Source: Flavobacteriaceae bacterium TMED179 (lineage in GTDB: Bacteria; Bacteroidota; Bacteroidia; Flavobacteriales; Flavobacteriaceae). Taken from it: DNA of 51,276 nt. The stretch is taken from the NCBI GenBank assembly GCA_002169865.1, contig NHIC01000008.1:10313-61588 (forward strand). Reading direction: 5' to 3'. Under the pieces are notes generated by a model. It saw nothing but the letters and a program-made list of their open reading frames with translations, was not told the DNA's origin and searched no databases. The translations under genes were made by a program, and so were the position numbers. Below are positions 1 to 10,111 of the stretch, one piece after another (positions within the stretch are counted from its first letter, which is position 1; each line of letters starts with the position of its first letter).

Positions 1-2423
1 GGATAAGGACTGGTTCTTTTTAAGTAAGTGTAAATCCCCCTTCTAAAGCGATCCTCACCTTCACTAGTTTTCCAAAGGTTACCCAAATATCTGTGTTCCC
101 AAACACCATCTGGTTGAGGTGGCATGACTCCTGGGCCGAACATTTTATTACTTAATAAGCCTGAGACTGATAACGCTTGATCTCTAATTTCCTCAGCTGT
201 AAGTCTTAGGCGAGGGCCTCTAGAATAGAAAATATTATCGGTATCTATAGCTAGTTTCTCATTTGAAGTATGGGAACTCTGCCTGTAGGTAGAGGACATA
301 ACTATTTTTTTAATTAAAGTTTTTAAACTCCAATTCATAGAATGCATAAAATCATATGAGAGCCAGTTCATAAGTGCAGGATGGGACGGTGGATCCGACA
401 TCGTACCCATATCCTCCAAAGTTGAAACCAAACCTTTACCAAAAATCTGATACCATATTCGATTAACTAGGGTACGGGAAGTCAATGGATTTTCCTCATC
501 TACTAGCCATTTTGCAAGACCCAAACGATTTTTTTCCCATTTTTCTTGCCAAGGATTTAGAGTTTGAGGAACTCCAGTTTGGACTTCATCATTTTTAACC
601 ATCCAATTGCCCCGATCAAAAACATGGGTTTTTCTTTTCATGTGATCGGGGTTTTCGACCATAATGGGTGTCTTGTTCTCAACATCTTTAGTCAATAAAT
701 TCATGAATTTTTTAACTATAATTTGATTTTGTTTGGTGCCCTTTTCCGGTAAATCTGGAAGAGTAGCAACCCAGATAATATTAATTGCGTCACCATCATA
801 TAGATTTTTATATTCTTTTGCATCGAATAAACTTGGGTTCCTTGCCTCAATAAAAAGTTCAAAGGGTTCTTCAAATTTTGGGATCCTAACTTTTTTAATT
901 TTTAATCTAGGATTGAAATAATTTAAATTATCCTTAACAATTTCATTATCAGATTCATTATTATTATCAGGTTTGAAATCTATCTCAGTTATTAAATTTG
1001 AATTTTTACTATTGATCCTGAGATAAATTTTCGTGCCTGGTTTGGCATCGTGCATAAAATAAAAATTTTGATAACCATTAGTATCAAAATTTTTAAGACT
1101 GGCAACACCACGGTGTCTTAATGCAAGCCACAATCCATTAATAGTTCCCAAATCATTTTCTAAATCGACAATAGAAAAATCATGAGCAGGATATTTCGGC
1201 TCTTGGAATTGAAGGAAGTTTTTATAAATAGAATATATATTTTTATTCCCTTTTTCACTTATCCAGTTTAAAACTTTATTTACCTCTATGTTGTCAACTT
1301 CGCTGTATTCTTTAAGGTTGGGTGATTCATCAATCAGATCCTCATCCATCGTATTATTAAAAAATGCCATTAGATTATAGTACTCAGTATGTTTGAAAGG
1401 ATCAAAGGGATGACTATGACACTGAACACAACTCATTGTGGTGCCTTGCCAAACATCAAAAGTTGTATTGACCCTGTCGACTACCGCAGCAACACGAAAC
1501 TCCTCATCATCGGTCCCACCCTCATCATTGTTCATAGAGTTACGGTGAAAGGCGGTAGCAATTAACTGTTTAACAGAGGGATCAGGCAGCAGATCCCCGG
1601 CAAGTTGTTCTAATGTGAACTGATTGAATGCCATATCCTTGTTCAAGGATTTAATGACCCAATCTCTATATTTCCATATTGATCTTCCTCTGTCTGTCTC
1701 ATAACCTTTAGTATCTGCATATCTGGCCAAATCCAACCACCAACTGGCCCACTTTTCTCCAAAGCCAGAATCAACAAATAGACTATCCACATAGTCCTCA
1801 TATGATATCCCCTCACTAATAAAACTATTAGCAAGTTGTTCGTCTGGAGGTAGACCAGTAATATCAAAAGCAACTCTTCTTGCTATAATATTTTTATCAG
1901 CTGGAGAATTGGGTAAAAGTTTTTTTTCCTCCATCCTCGCCGCAATAAAATGATCAATAGGATTAGAAAGAAAACCTTGATTTTTATATTGCGAAGCTAC
2001 CTCAGGAATAGCTTCCTCGTTAACCGATAGGTATGCCCAGTGAGTTCCCCATTTGGCGCCTTGATCTATCCAGTCGGTTAGGATCTTGATCTCCGCCTTA
2101 GAAAGTGGAGGTTTTTTGTAAGGCATACGCATCTCAGGATCCGTATATTTTAATCTAATTATAAATTCACTTTTATTACTATTACCAGGGATTATAGCGG
2201 GTTTGCCAGATTGGGTTTCACCCAATGCTTCAGATTCAAATAAAACACTAAAACCAGCAGTTTTCTTAACTCCTCCATGACAGGAAATACAATGCTTATT
2301 GAGTATTGGCTTTACATCTGCTGAAAAATCTACCTCATTTTCTGGTTTTACAACATAGAAAAGAACAACAAGAGAAATAAATATTGTTCCCAAAAAAATG
2401 ATAAATCTTTTCCTCAATAACAT
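1..2423 (-). CDS. PSCyt1 (planctomycete-type cytochrome c) / DUF1549 / DUF1553 family protein; N-terminal ~807 aa, continues past the left edge
   Basis: Absent from the ORF track because no stop lies inside the window. Hand translation of the minus strand from ATG at 2423..2421 stays open to position 1. It begins MLLRKRFIIFLGTIFISLVVLF (signal anchor). It then shows ILNKHCISCHGG (heme-c CxxCH), WASWWLDLARYADTKGYE (DUF1549-like) and MSCVQCHSHPFDPF (DUF1553-like). Confidence 0.8.
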   Translation of the reverse strand, partial: MLLRKRFIIFLGTIFISLVVLFYVVKPENEVDFSADVKPILNKHCISCHGGVKKTAGFSVLFESEALGETQSGKPAIIPGNSNKSEFIIRLKYTDPEMRMPYKKPPLSKAEIKILTDWIDQGAKWGTHWAYLSVNEEAIPEVASQYKNQGFLSNPIDHFIAARMEEKKLLPNSPADKNIIARRVAFDITGLPPDEQLANSFISEGISYEDYVDSLFVDSGFGEKWASWWLDLARYADTKGYETDRGRSIWKYRDWVIKSLNKDMAFNQFTLEQLAGDLLPDPSVKQLIATAFHRNSMNNDEGGTDDEEFRVAAVVDRVNTTFDVWQGTTMSCVQCHSHPFDPFKHTEYYNLMAFFNNTMDEDLIDESPNLKEYSEVDNIEVNKVLNWISEKGNKNIYSIYKNFLQFQEPKYPAHDFSIVDLENDLGTINGLWLALRHRGVASLKNFDTNGYQNFYFMHDAKPGTKIYLRINSKNSNLITEIDFKPDNNNESDNEIVKDNLNYFNPRLKIKKVRIPKFEEPFELFIEARNPSLFDAKEYKNLYDGDAINIIWVATLPDLPEKGTKQNQIIVKKFMNLLTKDVENKTPIMVENPDHMKRKTHVFDRGNWMVKNDEVQTGVPQTLNPWQEKWEKNRLGLAKWLVDEENPLTSRTLVNRIWYQIFGKGLVSTLEDMGTMSDPPSHPALMNWLSYDFMHSMNWSLKTLIKKIVMSSTYRQSSHTSNEKLAIDTDNIFYSRGPRLRLTAEEIRDQALSVSGLLSNKMFGPGVMPPQPDGVWEHRYLGNLWKTSEGEDRFRRGIYTYLKRTSPY

Positions 2424-2457
2424 TTAAAAAAAATTTAAGTACTCATTCTCTAAATTA

Positions 2458-2482
2458 CAATTTCAAATTCAAATTCAAATTC
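2458..2482. repeat. hexanucleotide microsatellite, (CAAATT)x3 perfect plus one degenerate copy
   Basis: Read directly: caattt caaatt caaatt caaatt c, in the spacer upstream of the 1..2423 gene. A T12 homopolymer follows at 2518..2529. Confidence 0.7.
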
Positions 2483-2552
2483 TTATTAAAATTGTATTCA
2501 ATAAACCCTAAAATTAATTTTTTTTTTTTAACATATCTATTAATTTCCAGTG

Positions 2553-2729
2553 ATGTATGAGGGGTTCAATTACAAATCTCAGATATATAAAGACGGTATT
2601 AATGCAGACAGAGATGCGATGGATTATAAATTTCAAAAAAAGGTGTTCAATAAAAATACAAAACTTGATGTTTCTATGTCTTATGGAAGAGGATTCTCTA
2701 TCATATTTGAATTTTCAAAAAATGGATAA
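2553..2729 (+). CDS. 58-aa ORF just under the track cutoff; hypothetical, possibly a gene relic
   Basis: ATG at 2553, TAA at 2727. Translation: MYEGFNYKSQIYKDGINADRDAMDYKFQKKVFNKNTKLDVSMSYGRGFSIIFEFSKNG. The alternating-hydrophobic C-terminus resembles the last strands of an outer-membrane barrel. Confidence 0.2.
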   Translation: MYEGFNYKSQIYKDGINADRDAMDYKFQKKVFNKNTKLDVSMSYGRGFSIIFEFSKNG

Positions 2730-2761
2730 TTTTTAATAATTTATTGTATAATATAATTTTA

Positions 2762-3892
2762 ATGACACCAAACTTTAAAGCAAAGGGTATTCTTGTTAAA
2801 TCACCAGGACGAATTAACCTTATTGGAGAACACATCGACTATAATGGGGGCCATGTTTTGCCTGCTGCTATAGACTTAAAAGTTACACTTCAAATTCATA
2901 AAACCGAAAATAACCTCTGCATAATAAGCTCAGAGGATGGAGGATCATTCAGCTTCGACATTAAACAACATCTTGAAATTAGCTCTACCCAATGGGAAAA
3001 CTATGTTCTGGGTGTAGTGGACGGTCTTAAGAAAAAACGCCACAACCAATTGGGTGGGTTTGAATGTAATATTACGACTGAGCTTCCTATAGGGGCTGGT
3101 ATCAGTTCCTCTGCAGCATTAGAATGCGGCATAGCCAAAGGATTGAATCATTTATTTGATTTGAATCTATCCGATATTGAGCTTATTGAAATATCACGTA
3201 TGGCCGAACACAATTTTGTAGGAACCAAATGTGGGGTGATGGATCAATTTGCCGTGACTATGGGGCAAAATAATAAGTTGCTGCTACTGAATTGTGAAAG
3301 CCTAGAATATCAACTTATTGATGCTAATTTTTCGCCATACAAGATTGTATTACTTAACTCCAATGTATCTCACAACCTCGCCTCAAGTGAATATAATACC
3401 CGACGCGCTGAATGTAATTTGGCACTTAAAATTATTCAAGAGCAGCATGCCAACTTTAATTTTTTAGCCGATGTGCCAGAGGTCATTATTGAATCTGTAA
3501 AAGAAAAACTACCAGGGAAAGTATATCAACGTGCCTTGTATGTATCTCGCGAAAATTCCAGAACATTAAAAGCTGCATCACTGATGCAAGCGGGGAAAAT
3601 TGAAGGTTTTGGCGCACTAATGTATCAAACCCACATGGGCTTGTCTAAAAACTATGAAGTGAGCTGTCCCGAGTTGGATTTTTTGGTTGGTCTGACACTA
3701 GACCTTCCCCAAGTGGTAGGCAGTAGAATTATGGGGGGTGGTTTTGGCGGATGTACCATCAACCTGGTTAAAGAAGACTTTGTCCAAAACTTAATGGAAA
3801 TGGCAGAGGAGCAGTACAAAAAAGAATTTGACATTACACTTACCCCAATTTTGGTGGAAACCTCTAATGGTGTAGAAATTACAAATTACTAA
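2762..3892 (+). CDS. galK: galactokinase
   Basis: GHMP-kinase/galactokinase signatures GRINLIGEHIDYNGG, PIGAGISSSAALE and GGGFGGC are present. First ATG is at 2762; the track start 2744 is TTG. Confidence 0.9.
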   Translation: MTPNFKAKGILVKSPGRINLIGEHIDYNGGHVLPAAIDLKVTLQIHKTENNLCIISSEDGGSFSFDIKQHLEISSTQWENYVLGVVDGLKKKRHNQLGGFECNITTELPIGAGISSSAALECGIAKGLNHLFDLNLSDIELIEISRMAEHNFVGTKCGVMDQFAVTMGQNNKLLLLNCESLEYQLIDANFSPYKIVLLNSNVSHNLASSEYNTRRAECNLALKIIQEQHANFNFLADVPEVIIESVKEKLPGKVYQRALYVSRENSRTLKAASLMQAGKIEGFGALMYQTHMGLSKNYEVSCPELDFLVGLTLDLPQVVGSRIMGGGFGGCTINLVKEDFVQNLMEMAEEQYKKEFDITLTPILVETSNGVEITNY

Positions 3893-3898
3893 CATTAG

Positions 3899-4300
3899 AT
3901 GGACCTCAATAATACCCCCTTAAGAAGAAAAAATATACCTACGGGGATTGGATTCTCGTTTCTCACCACCTTAACAAACGACCTTAAATGAGCAAAAAAG
4001 TCAAACCCCAAGAGATAAAACGATAAGCTTATGATTTAAATTGTTGTCTGTGTCCAAGAAACGAATGTGCAGCAGGGGTGAAAATCCCGACTCCAATCAA
4101 TGGATAAGACAATCAATATTGGTATGTCCTTTTACCCCCTTTATTGTCTTACGCAGAAGTAAAAAATTCATGGCAGGGTAGTAGATATTTGCCAATCCCC
4201 AAGATAATATTACAGCTGTTCAATCGGCTCAGCGATTAAAAGACTGTTCAGAGATCAGCTGTCTAGAAGCTTAAAATTAGTGTTAACCCTTGAATAGAAT
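3899..4300 (+). pseudogene. galT: galactose-1-phosphate uridylyltransferase (galT) relic, frameshifted, with in-frame stops and 3'-truncated
   Basis: Starts 7 nt after the galK stop. Three frames together spell the GalT N-terminus. MDLNNTPLRRKNIPTG runs from 3899, then a 1-nt deletion leads to GDWILVSHHLNKRP* from 3943 (compare HRRYNPLTGxWxLVSPHRxKRPW). AYDLNCCLCPRNECAAG lies at 4027..4077 (compare YDPxCxLCPGNxR, the zinc Cys pair). GRVVDICQSPR* lies at 4172..4207 (compare RVICFSPxH). Only about 135 of 350 codons remain before the convergent gene ends at 4313. Confidence 0.7.
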
Positions 4301-4312
4301 TTTATCCTTAGT

Positions 4313-6451
4313 CTAATCCTCAAGTGCGAAAGCAATTATTTTATTTCCCTTTTTGGTGCCCAATTTTTCTCCTCCACAGGCAACCGTTAGATACTGTTTA
4401 CCTCCAGCGGAATAAAGCGCAGGAGTGGCAAATGCAGCCGCAGGGAGCTTGAAATCCCAAAGCAATTTTCCTGAGTCCCGACTGAAAGCTCTGATATAAC
4501 CATCTTTGGTTGCAGCAATGAATAGCAGTCCATTTTTGGTAACTACAGATCCTCCATAATTCTCTGTTCCTGTTGTGGGGTACCCAAGATCCCGCAAGGA
4601 TTCTGTCTCGCCCAAAGGCACCTTCCAGAGGTATTCGCCAGTGTTAAGATCCAATGCATTTAACGTTCCCCATGGTGGAGAAATCGCAGGAAGACCATTT
4701 TGGTCCAGAAACTTAGAATAGCCTGTATGATGAAAAGGCACGTAGGGTTGTTTATTATTGGTCTCGGTTATTTCTTTAACCTTCTTATTATCCGACTTGT
4801 CTGTCAAAAAGTTTATCAGTTCTTCGCGGTCTTTTTCTACTATATGTGGAAAACCTGGCATCATTGCCTTGCCTTGCGTGATGATGTTATAAATGTTCTT
4901 TTTGGACAGACGAGTTTCTATAGCCAATAAACTGGGATATCCACTGGCTTGCGATCCAGAACGATTAGTCATGTGACAGACAGCACAATTTTGTCTGTAA
5001 ATTCTTTCTCCAGCGGTCAATTTTTCACCCTTATCGTCATTGGATCTCATTTGCAGGAACCAAGCCATTTCATTCGAATTGATATACAAAATACCCTTAT
5101 GTGGGTCTGCCGCAGCACCTCCCCATTCAGCACCTCCATCATAACCGGGCAATAATAGTGCGGGTTTTAGAGAGGGTGGGGCAAAGTTCCTTATATCGGC
5201 TTTCTTAAATACGGCAATTAAACTATCACGATTCGGGGCATAGGGGCTGATATCCTCTGTTGTCAATTTATCCGATTGTCTAGCAAAGCAGGCAGGCTTA
5301 ACGGGAACGGGTTGGGTAGGCCATGCTTGTTCACCGGGTAATTCAGATTCTGGAACCGCTAACTCTTCAATATCGAATAGTGGACGACCTGTTTCACGAT
5401 CAAATACAAACACATAGCCTTGCTTGGTAATTTGGGCAACTGCAGAAATAATTATCCCTCCATGGTTAACCGTTATTAAATTAGGAGGCGCTGGTGGATC
5501 ACGATCCCACAAGTCGTGGTGGATAAACTGATAGTGCCAAAGGAGTTTCCCAGTATTGGCATTTAGAGCCAAAAGACAATTTGAATAAAGATTTTTTCCA
5601 GGTCGCATAGCACCATAAAAATCTGGTGCAGCTGATCCTGTTGGAACATAAAGAATTTCCCGCTCTTGATCCAACGCCATACCTGCCCAGTTATTGGCAG
5701 CACCTACTATTGTACTTTCTGAAATATTGAGATCTCCCCAAGTATCGATTCCAGTTTCACCAGGACGGGGAAGCGTGTGAAAAGACCAAGTTAATTCACC
5801 TGTAATTACATTAAATGCCATCACATCTCCTGGAGCAGCTCCAACGCCTTCCGATAATCTGAGGGGCATAATAATTAGATTCTTGTGAATGGTTCCTGGA
5901 GTAGAGGAAATCACAAACTTTTCTTGAGCTGAAGCAGGAAGACCACTTCGTAAATCAATTTTACCACCCTTTCCAAAAGAAGGGATGGGTTGACCTGTCT
6001 GAGCATCTAATGCCCAAAGGTATGAACCTTTAGTATAAAAAATGCGTTTGTCATTTCCAGATTCCCAATAGGAAACACCTCTGCTATTTGAAAATAATGT
6101 TTTTAGGGTATCTCCAAAAACCCAAACCTCTTTTCCTGATCGTGCATCCAGGGCAAATACTCTCAGTGCCGAGCTCACCCCGTAAAGCAGGGTATCGACT
6201 ACAATTGGGTTCATCTGCATCTGACCATAATCCTTGCTTTCATATTCCCAAACCACTTTAAGAGACTTAATATTTTTCGAGGTAAAGTCAGCAAGTTGGC
6301 TATAATGGCTTCTACCAGGGTCACCTAGGTAGTGTTTCCATTCTGTATATTGATTTTCACCACCCGAAAGGGAAGATTTATCGCATTGTATTAATATAGA
6401 ACAAAATGTAAATAATATTAAACGCAAAATATATTTTGATTTTACAAACAA
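4313..6451 (-). CDS. PQQ-dependent (quinoprotein) dehydrogenase beta-propeller with an embedded c-type cytochrome module; probable lipoprotein
   Basis: 712 aa. Begins WKHYLGDPGRSHYS and has repeated propeller W-motifs. YVFVFDRETGRPLF and the closing blades resemble the glucose/quinate quinoprotein family. A CAVCH heme motif sits near aa 489 (nt about 4972..4986). Signal peptide ends with LIQC. TTG start. Confidence 0.75.
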   Translation of the reverse strand: MFVKSKYILRLILFTFCSILIQCDKSSLSGGENQYTEWKHYLGDPGRSHYSQLADFTSKNIKSLKVVWEYESKDYGQMQMNPIVVDTLLYGVSSALRVFALDARSGKEVWVFGDTLKTLFSNSRGVSYWESGNDKRIFYTKGSYLWALDAQTGQPIPSFGKGGKIDLRSGLPASAQEKFVISSTPGTIHKNLIIMPLRLSEGVGAAPGDVMAFNVITGELTWSFHTLPRPGETGIDTWGDLNISESTIVGAANNWAGMALDQEREILYVPTGSAAPDFYGAMRPGKNLYSNCLLALNANTGKLLWHYQFIHHDLWDRDPPAPPNLITVNHGGIIISAVAQITKQGYVFVFDRETGRPLFDIEELAVPESELPGEQAWPTQPVPVKPACFARQSDKLTTEDISPYAPNRDSLIAVFKKADIRNFAPPSLKPALLLPGYDGGAEWGGAAADPHKGILYINSNEMAWFLQMRSNDDKGEKLTAGERIYRQNCAVCHMTNRSGSQASGYPSLLAIETRLSKKNIYNIITQGKAMMPGFPHIVEKDREELINFLTDKSDNKKVKEITETNNKQPYVPFHHTGYSKFLDQNGLPAISPPWGTLNALDLNTGEYLWKVPLGETESLRDLGYPTTGTENYGGSVVTKNGLLFIAATKDGYIRAFSRDSGKLLWDFKLPAAAFATPALYSAGGKQYLTVACGGEKLGTKKGNKIIAFALED

Positions 6452-6921
6452 TATAGCTTATTTGACCTTAAAACAAAAAATACCAAAAACTTAAATTTAG
6501 TAGATAAAAATAAGATTCTCATTTAGTTATGAAAATAGGAGAAAGAATTGGGCAAAACTATTTTGACATTTTATTGTCACACTAATTTTAAATTCAATGT
6601 CCAAGGCAATAACCATATAAAATTACTAAAGTGTTGATTTTAATTTAAAGCAACTTTTTCTAGAATTATCTCAGTTGATTTTTACAAATTCAAAATATTT
6701 AGGTCGTAGCATAATATGAAATGGTTTCCTCCCATTCAATTTTTATTTGTCAATTAATTTATATCAAAAAGGGTTTAATCTTTTGCTTTTAAAAAGCTCA
6801 AAGAGGTAGAAATTAATTTAATTTTAATGTACAGTGTCGAATCATTTATTTTCAATTGGTTTACCAACTTTAGCTTGAAAAAAATTAGAGTTCTCAAGCC
6901 TATTTCATGCATGGCTAATTC

Positions 6922-9726
6922 TTATTCAATAATTTCTAAGGGGGTTAAAAGAGGGGATTCCATAAGTCCGGCATCTAAAACATCCAGTTTTGAGGAATCA
7001 AAAGGTTGGTAATCAAGTCCCACAACATTGATGTTGTAAAAAGTTTTCCACTCTTCGCCTCTTGCTTCTTTAGCCTTAATCCGGTTGGAACCCAAGTTAG
7101 TCACCCATATACGAAGGGTATTTTTCCCTTTTTTTAAATTATTAATGGTTAGTTGATAGGGATTGGACCAAAGTGTGCCAACGAATTGATCATTTAACCA
7201 AACCTTTGCACTATCCCTGACATCTCCGAGTTCCAGCAGCCAAGGACCATTATGTTCCATTGGCCTATTAAATTTTATTTCATATTGGGCAGTTCCCGAA
7301 AAGGCAGCCATTTTTTCACCCCATTGGGTCCATGACGATAAGCGATTAATTTTTTTTGAATACTCATCATCTGGTCCTCCTGAAATCAATTTAAAATCCC
7401 AACTACCTGTAATTTTATGTCTACTCTTAAATGGTTTGTAGTATTTCCATTTTGCTGTATTCACCCTATCGAAGGTTTTGAGAAAGATACTCCCTCCGGA
7501 GGACAGGGATAGTTTTACTTTGGTCATATTTCCTTGTTGCTCTGTAATGGCTTTTCCTGTTTTTCCAGTCAGAGGGTCCAAAATCAAAACCTCTTTAGCT
7601 TGGATGCTCAAAGGGATGAATCCCTGGATTTTATTTTGAGTATGATTGACTAGGTAATAGATTTTTTCACCTAAGTGTTCTCTACGGATGAATTTCAGCC
7701 CCTCTTGTGTCAATTCCTCTTTAATTACCCCTGCTTTATTAAGGGGGATTTCCATTTCTTTCAGAGAATAAACTTTATTGATTTTTTCTTTGACAAAGGC
7801 TTTTAATTCTTCTTCTCTTTTTTGGTAATCAAAAAACCCGGGAACAGTTTTAGGCCTTTCCAAAAAGACAACTGATGCACCCATATTTCTCAAAGCAACT
7901 AGTTTTTTCAAGGTTTTTAGTGGCATATTTTGGGTTGCAGGAACTACTATCGAACGGTAGTTCCCTCCGGGCAGTTGGATGATTCCATTTTCGACATTTA
8001 TTTTTTTCAAAAAACGATCTGAGATATAGTCAATGCTATAACCTTCTTTGAGTAAATGATGGATAGTTTTGTAAAAGGGAGTGTCCCAAAGCCAAGTATC
8101 GAGACGATGAATGGCAAATTGAACCAAAGGATCCCCTTTGTTAAATTTCACCCAACTGTCGTGAACAGGCCAGTATACTAATACGTCATTGTCGGGTTGA
8201 CCTTGTTGTAATAGTGACTGTGATCGGCTTATGTATTCAAATAACGCTGGAGCATCTTCCCAAATGGGATTGGTTTCATTAAAGTTTACAGAGGCATAAA
8301 ATTTCCAACCCGGCCATTGGGCATATTCGGGGGAATAGGTTGAACCGTGTAAAAAAACATGATTGATGCCGTTGAGAAACAAATCCTCTAGCTCAGGTTT
8401 ACACTGTGATAGAGCAGTTCTAAAATGCTCTCTCAACCAAGTAAAGGTTTCTGAAGAAACTTGTTTTTTCCCAGATATATGAGCTGCAGAAGAGGAAAAT
8501 TTGATCATGGCTAAATCGGCATCTCCAGCTCGAAAATTCCTGTGAGGGTAATCGGCTGAGCTTCCATTTCCTTCTTCCCTTCTAAAGCCCTTGATATTGT
8601 ATGGCATAGATCCAAAGGTTTCGCATTCGGGTATATCGGCAGAAGCATACAAATCAATAAGGTTTCCTGGGGAGCCGTGTGCTTGATATTTTGTTTTTAC
8701 CCCTACATTTTGGGCCCATTCATTCCAAATAGGATTAAATCCCTCCACCAGTAAATCAGACAATGTTTCTCTATAATCACTTCTGATTCGGTTACTTATT
8801 TCATTGTCTTTTCTATCCAAAAGACGATTCATATAGGGCTTAAGATCATAGCCACGATAACGTTCAAAAACCTCAAAAAATTTGGGGGTGAAGTCTGCTT
8901 TGTACACTTCATAGCTGTCGTTGAAAACAGATCTAATCTTACCATCGGTTTTTTTTAAAGCACTCATAAAAAGCTGAAGGTAATTTTTTAACGCCTGAGG
9001 AGAAAAGTGATCCAAAACCCATCCTTCACCTCCTGGAGCTGCCCTTTTTACCTTTTGTCTTGTTAGGGCTTCAAAGACAAAAATCAGATCGAAGTCCTTG
9101 TTTTTGGCCTTCCACTCCAATTGGTTATTTATGATTTTATTACTTAAATCTATAAAATTGTTATTACTGTCAAAAGCAAAAACCCCTTTAAGTTTTGGCA
9201 ACTCTTTATTTGGATCATACGCCCTGATATCATCTTGGTTTGGAATTATCAAGGCTCCTGTTTTGAATGGAGAAATTGTCTTCGAAAAAAGGGTTCCTTT
9301 TTTTAGCTGTACTTTCCTTACCAAAAGACGTTTAGCAGCATCAACTGGACTTAAATCCGACCCCCCCCAAGGCCAGCCGGTTCCCAAGGTTAAATCAACT
9401 CCCATTTTTAAGCTGTCTGCCATTTTCACTGTATGGACCAACATATCAATCCATTTAGGACTTAAAAAATTGATGAATTTTTCCTCTTGTCCCTTTACCC
9501 CATAGATGGGTTCGATTTCTACCCCACCAATTCCTGCTTTTTGAAAAGTAATCAACGATCGGGTAATATGTTTTTTTTCTACCGCACTGCCCATCCACCA
9601 CCAACGGGTCCAAGTTTTAGATTCTTTTTTCACCTCAGGCCAACTATATCGACTGTGCTGTGCATTAGCAATACCAAAATTGATGAAAAAACACCACAAT
9701 ATAAGTGCACTAAATATTTTTTTCAT
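6922..9726 (-). CDS. large secreted glycoside hydrolase (GH106-like / 'glycosyl hydrolase' with C-terminal galactose-binding-like domain)
   Basis: 934 aa with a signal peptide (ANAQ). The N-terminal TWTRWWWMGSAV...AGIGGVEIEPIYG block and the C-terminal jelly-roll block GDVRDSAKVWLNDQFVG are recalled from Bacteroidota rhamnosidase-like hydrolases. The family assignment is from memory only. Confidence 0.55.
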   Translation of the reverse strand: MKKIFSALILWCFFINFGIANAQHSRYSWPEVKKESKTWTRWWWMGSAVEKKHITRSLITFQKAGIGGVEIEPIYGVKGQEEKFINFLSPKWIDMLVHTVKMADSLKMGVDLTLGTGWPWGGSDLSPVDAAKRLLVRKVQLKKGTLFSKTISPFKTGALIIPNQDDIRAYDPNKELPKLKGVFAFDSNNNFIDLSNKIINNQLEWKAKNKDFDLIFVFEALTRQKVKRAAPGGEGWVLDHFSPQALKNYLQLFMSALKKTDGKIRSVFNDSYEVYKADFTPKFFEVFERYRGYDLKPYMNRLLDRKDNEISNRIRSDYRETLSDLLVEGFNPIWNEWAQNVGVKTKYQAHGSPGNLIDLYASADIPECETFGSMPYNIKGFRREEGNGSSADYPHRNFRAGDADLAMIKFSSSAAHISGKKQVSSETFTWLREHFRTALSQCKPELEDLFLNGINHVFLHGSTYSPEYAQWPGWKFYASVNFNETNPIWEDAPALFEYISRSQSLLQQGQPDNDVLVYWPVHDSWVKFNKGDPLVQFAIHRLDTWLWDTPFYKTIHHLLKEGYSIDYISDRFLKKINVENGIIQLPGGNYRSIVVPATQNMPLKTLKKLVALRNMGASVVFLERPKTVPGFFDYQKREEELKAFVKEKINKVYSLKEMEIPLNKAGVIKEELTQEGLKFIRREHLGEKIYYLVNHTQNKIQGFIPLSIQAKEVLILDPLTGKTGKAITEQQGNMTKVKLSLSSGGSIFLKTFDRVNTAKWKYYKPFKSRHKITGSWDFKLISGGPDDEYSKKINRLSSWTQWGEKMAAFSGTAQYEIKFNRPMEHNGPWLLELGDVRDSAKVWLNDQFVGTLWSNPYQLTINNLKKGKNTLRIWVTNLGSNRIKAKEARGEEWKTFYNINVVGLDYQPFDSSKLDVLDAGLMESPLLTPLEIIE

Positions 9727-10111
9727 TTTCCCATTATTGTGGATATAAATATTTTACAACTGTTAATTAAGAATAATCAAATTAATTATTATAATTTATA
9801 AATTAAAATCTTAGATCAAAAAAGAGAATATTTAATATGACAAGAAAGTTAATGATTTGATTGATATAATCCAGATTAAGGGGATTTAAATGGACTCAAA
9901 AACCAGGACAAAACAGCTTTTTAAAATCTTAAATATGAAAATAACTATACAAAATTCATACTGGGAAAAAATGGCTTTAAACAAAATAAATCATCATGGA
10001 ATAAGAACGCTTATCTGTTATTAAATTGCTCTAATATAGATAATCCAGTCCCAAGAAGTGTAAATGGTTATCTTAGAAAGAATATTTATTATCAATTTAA
10101 TTTGTTATGAT

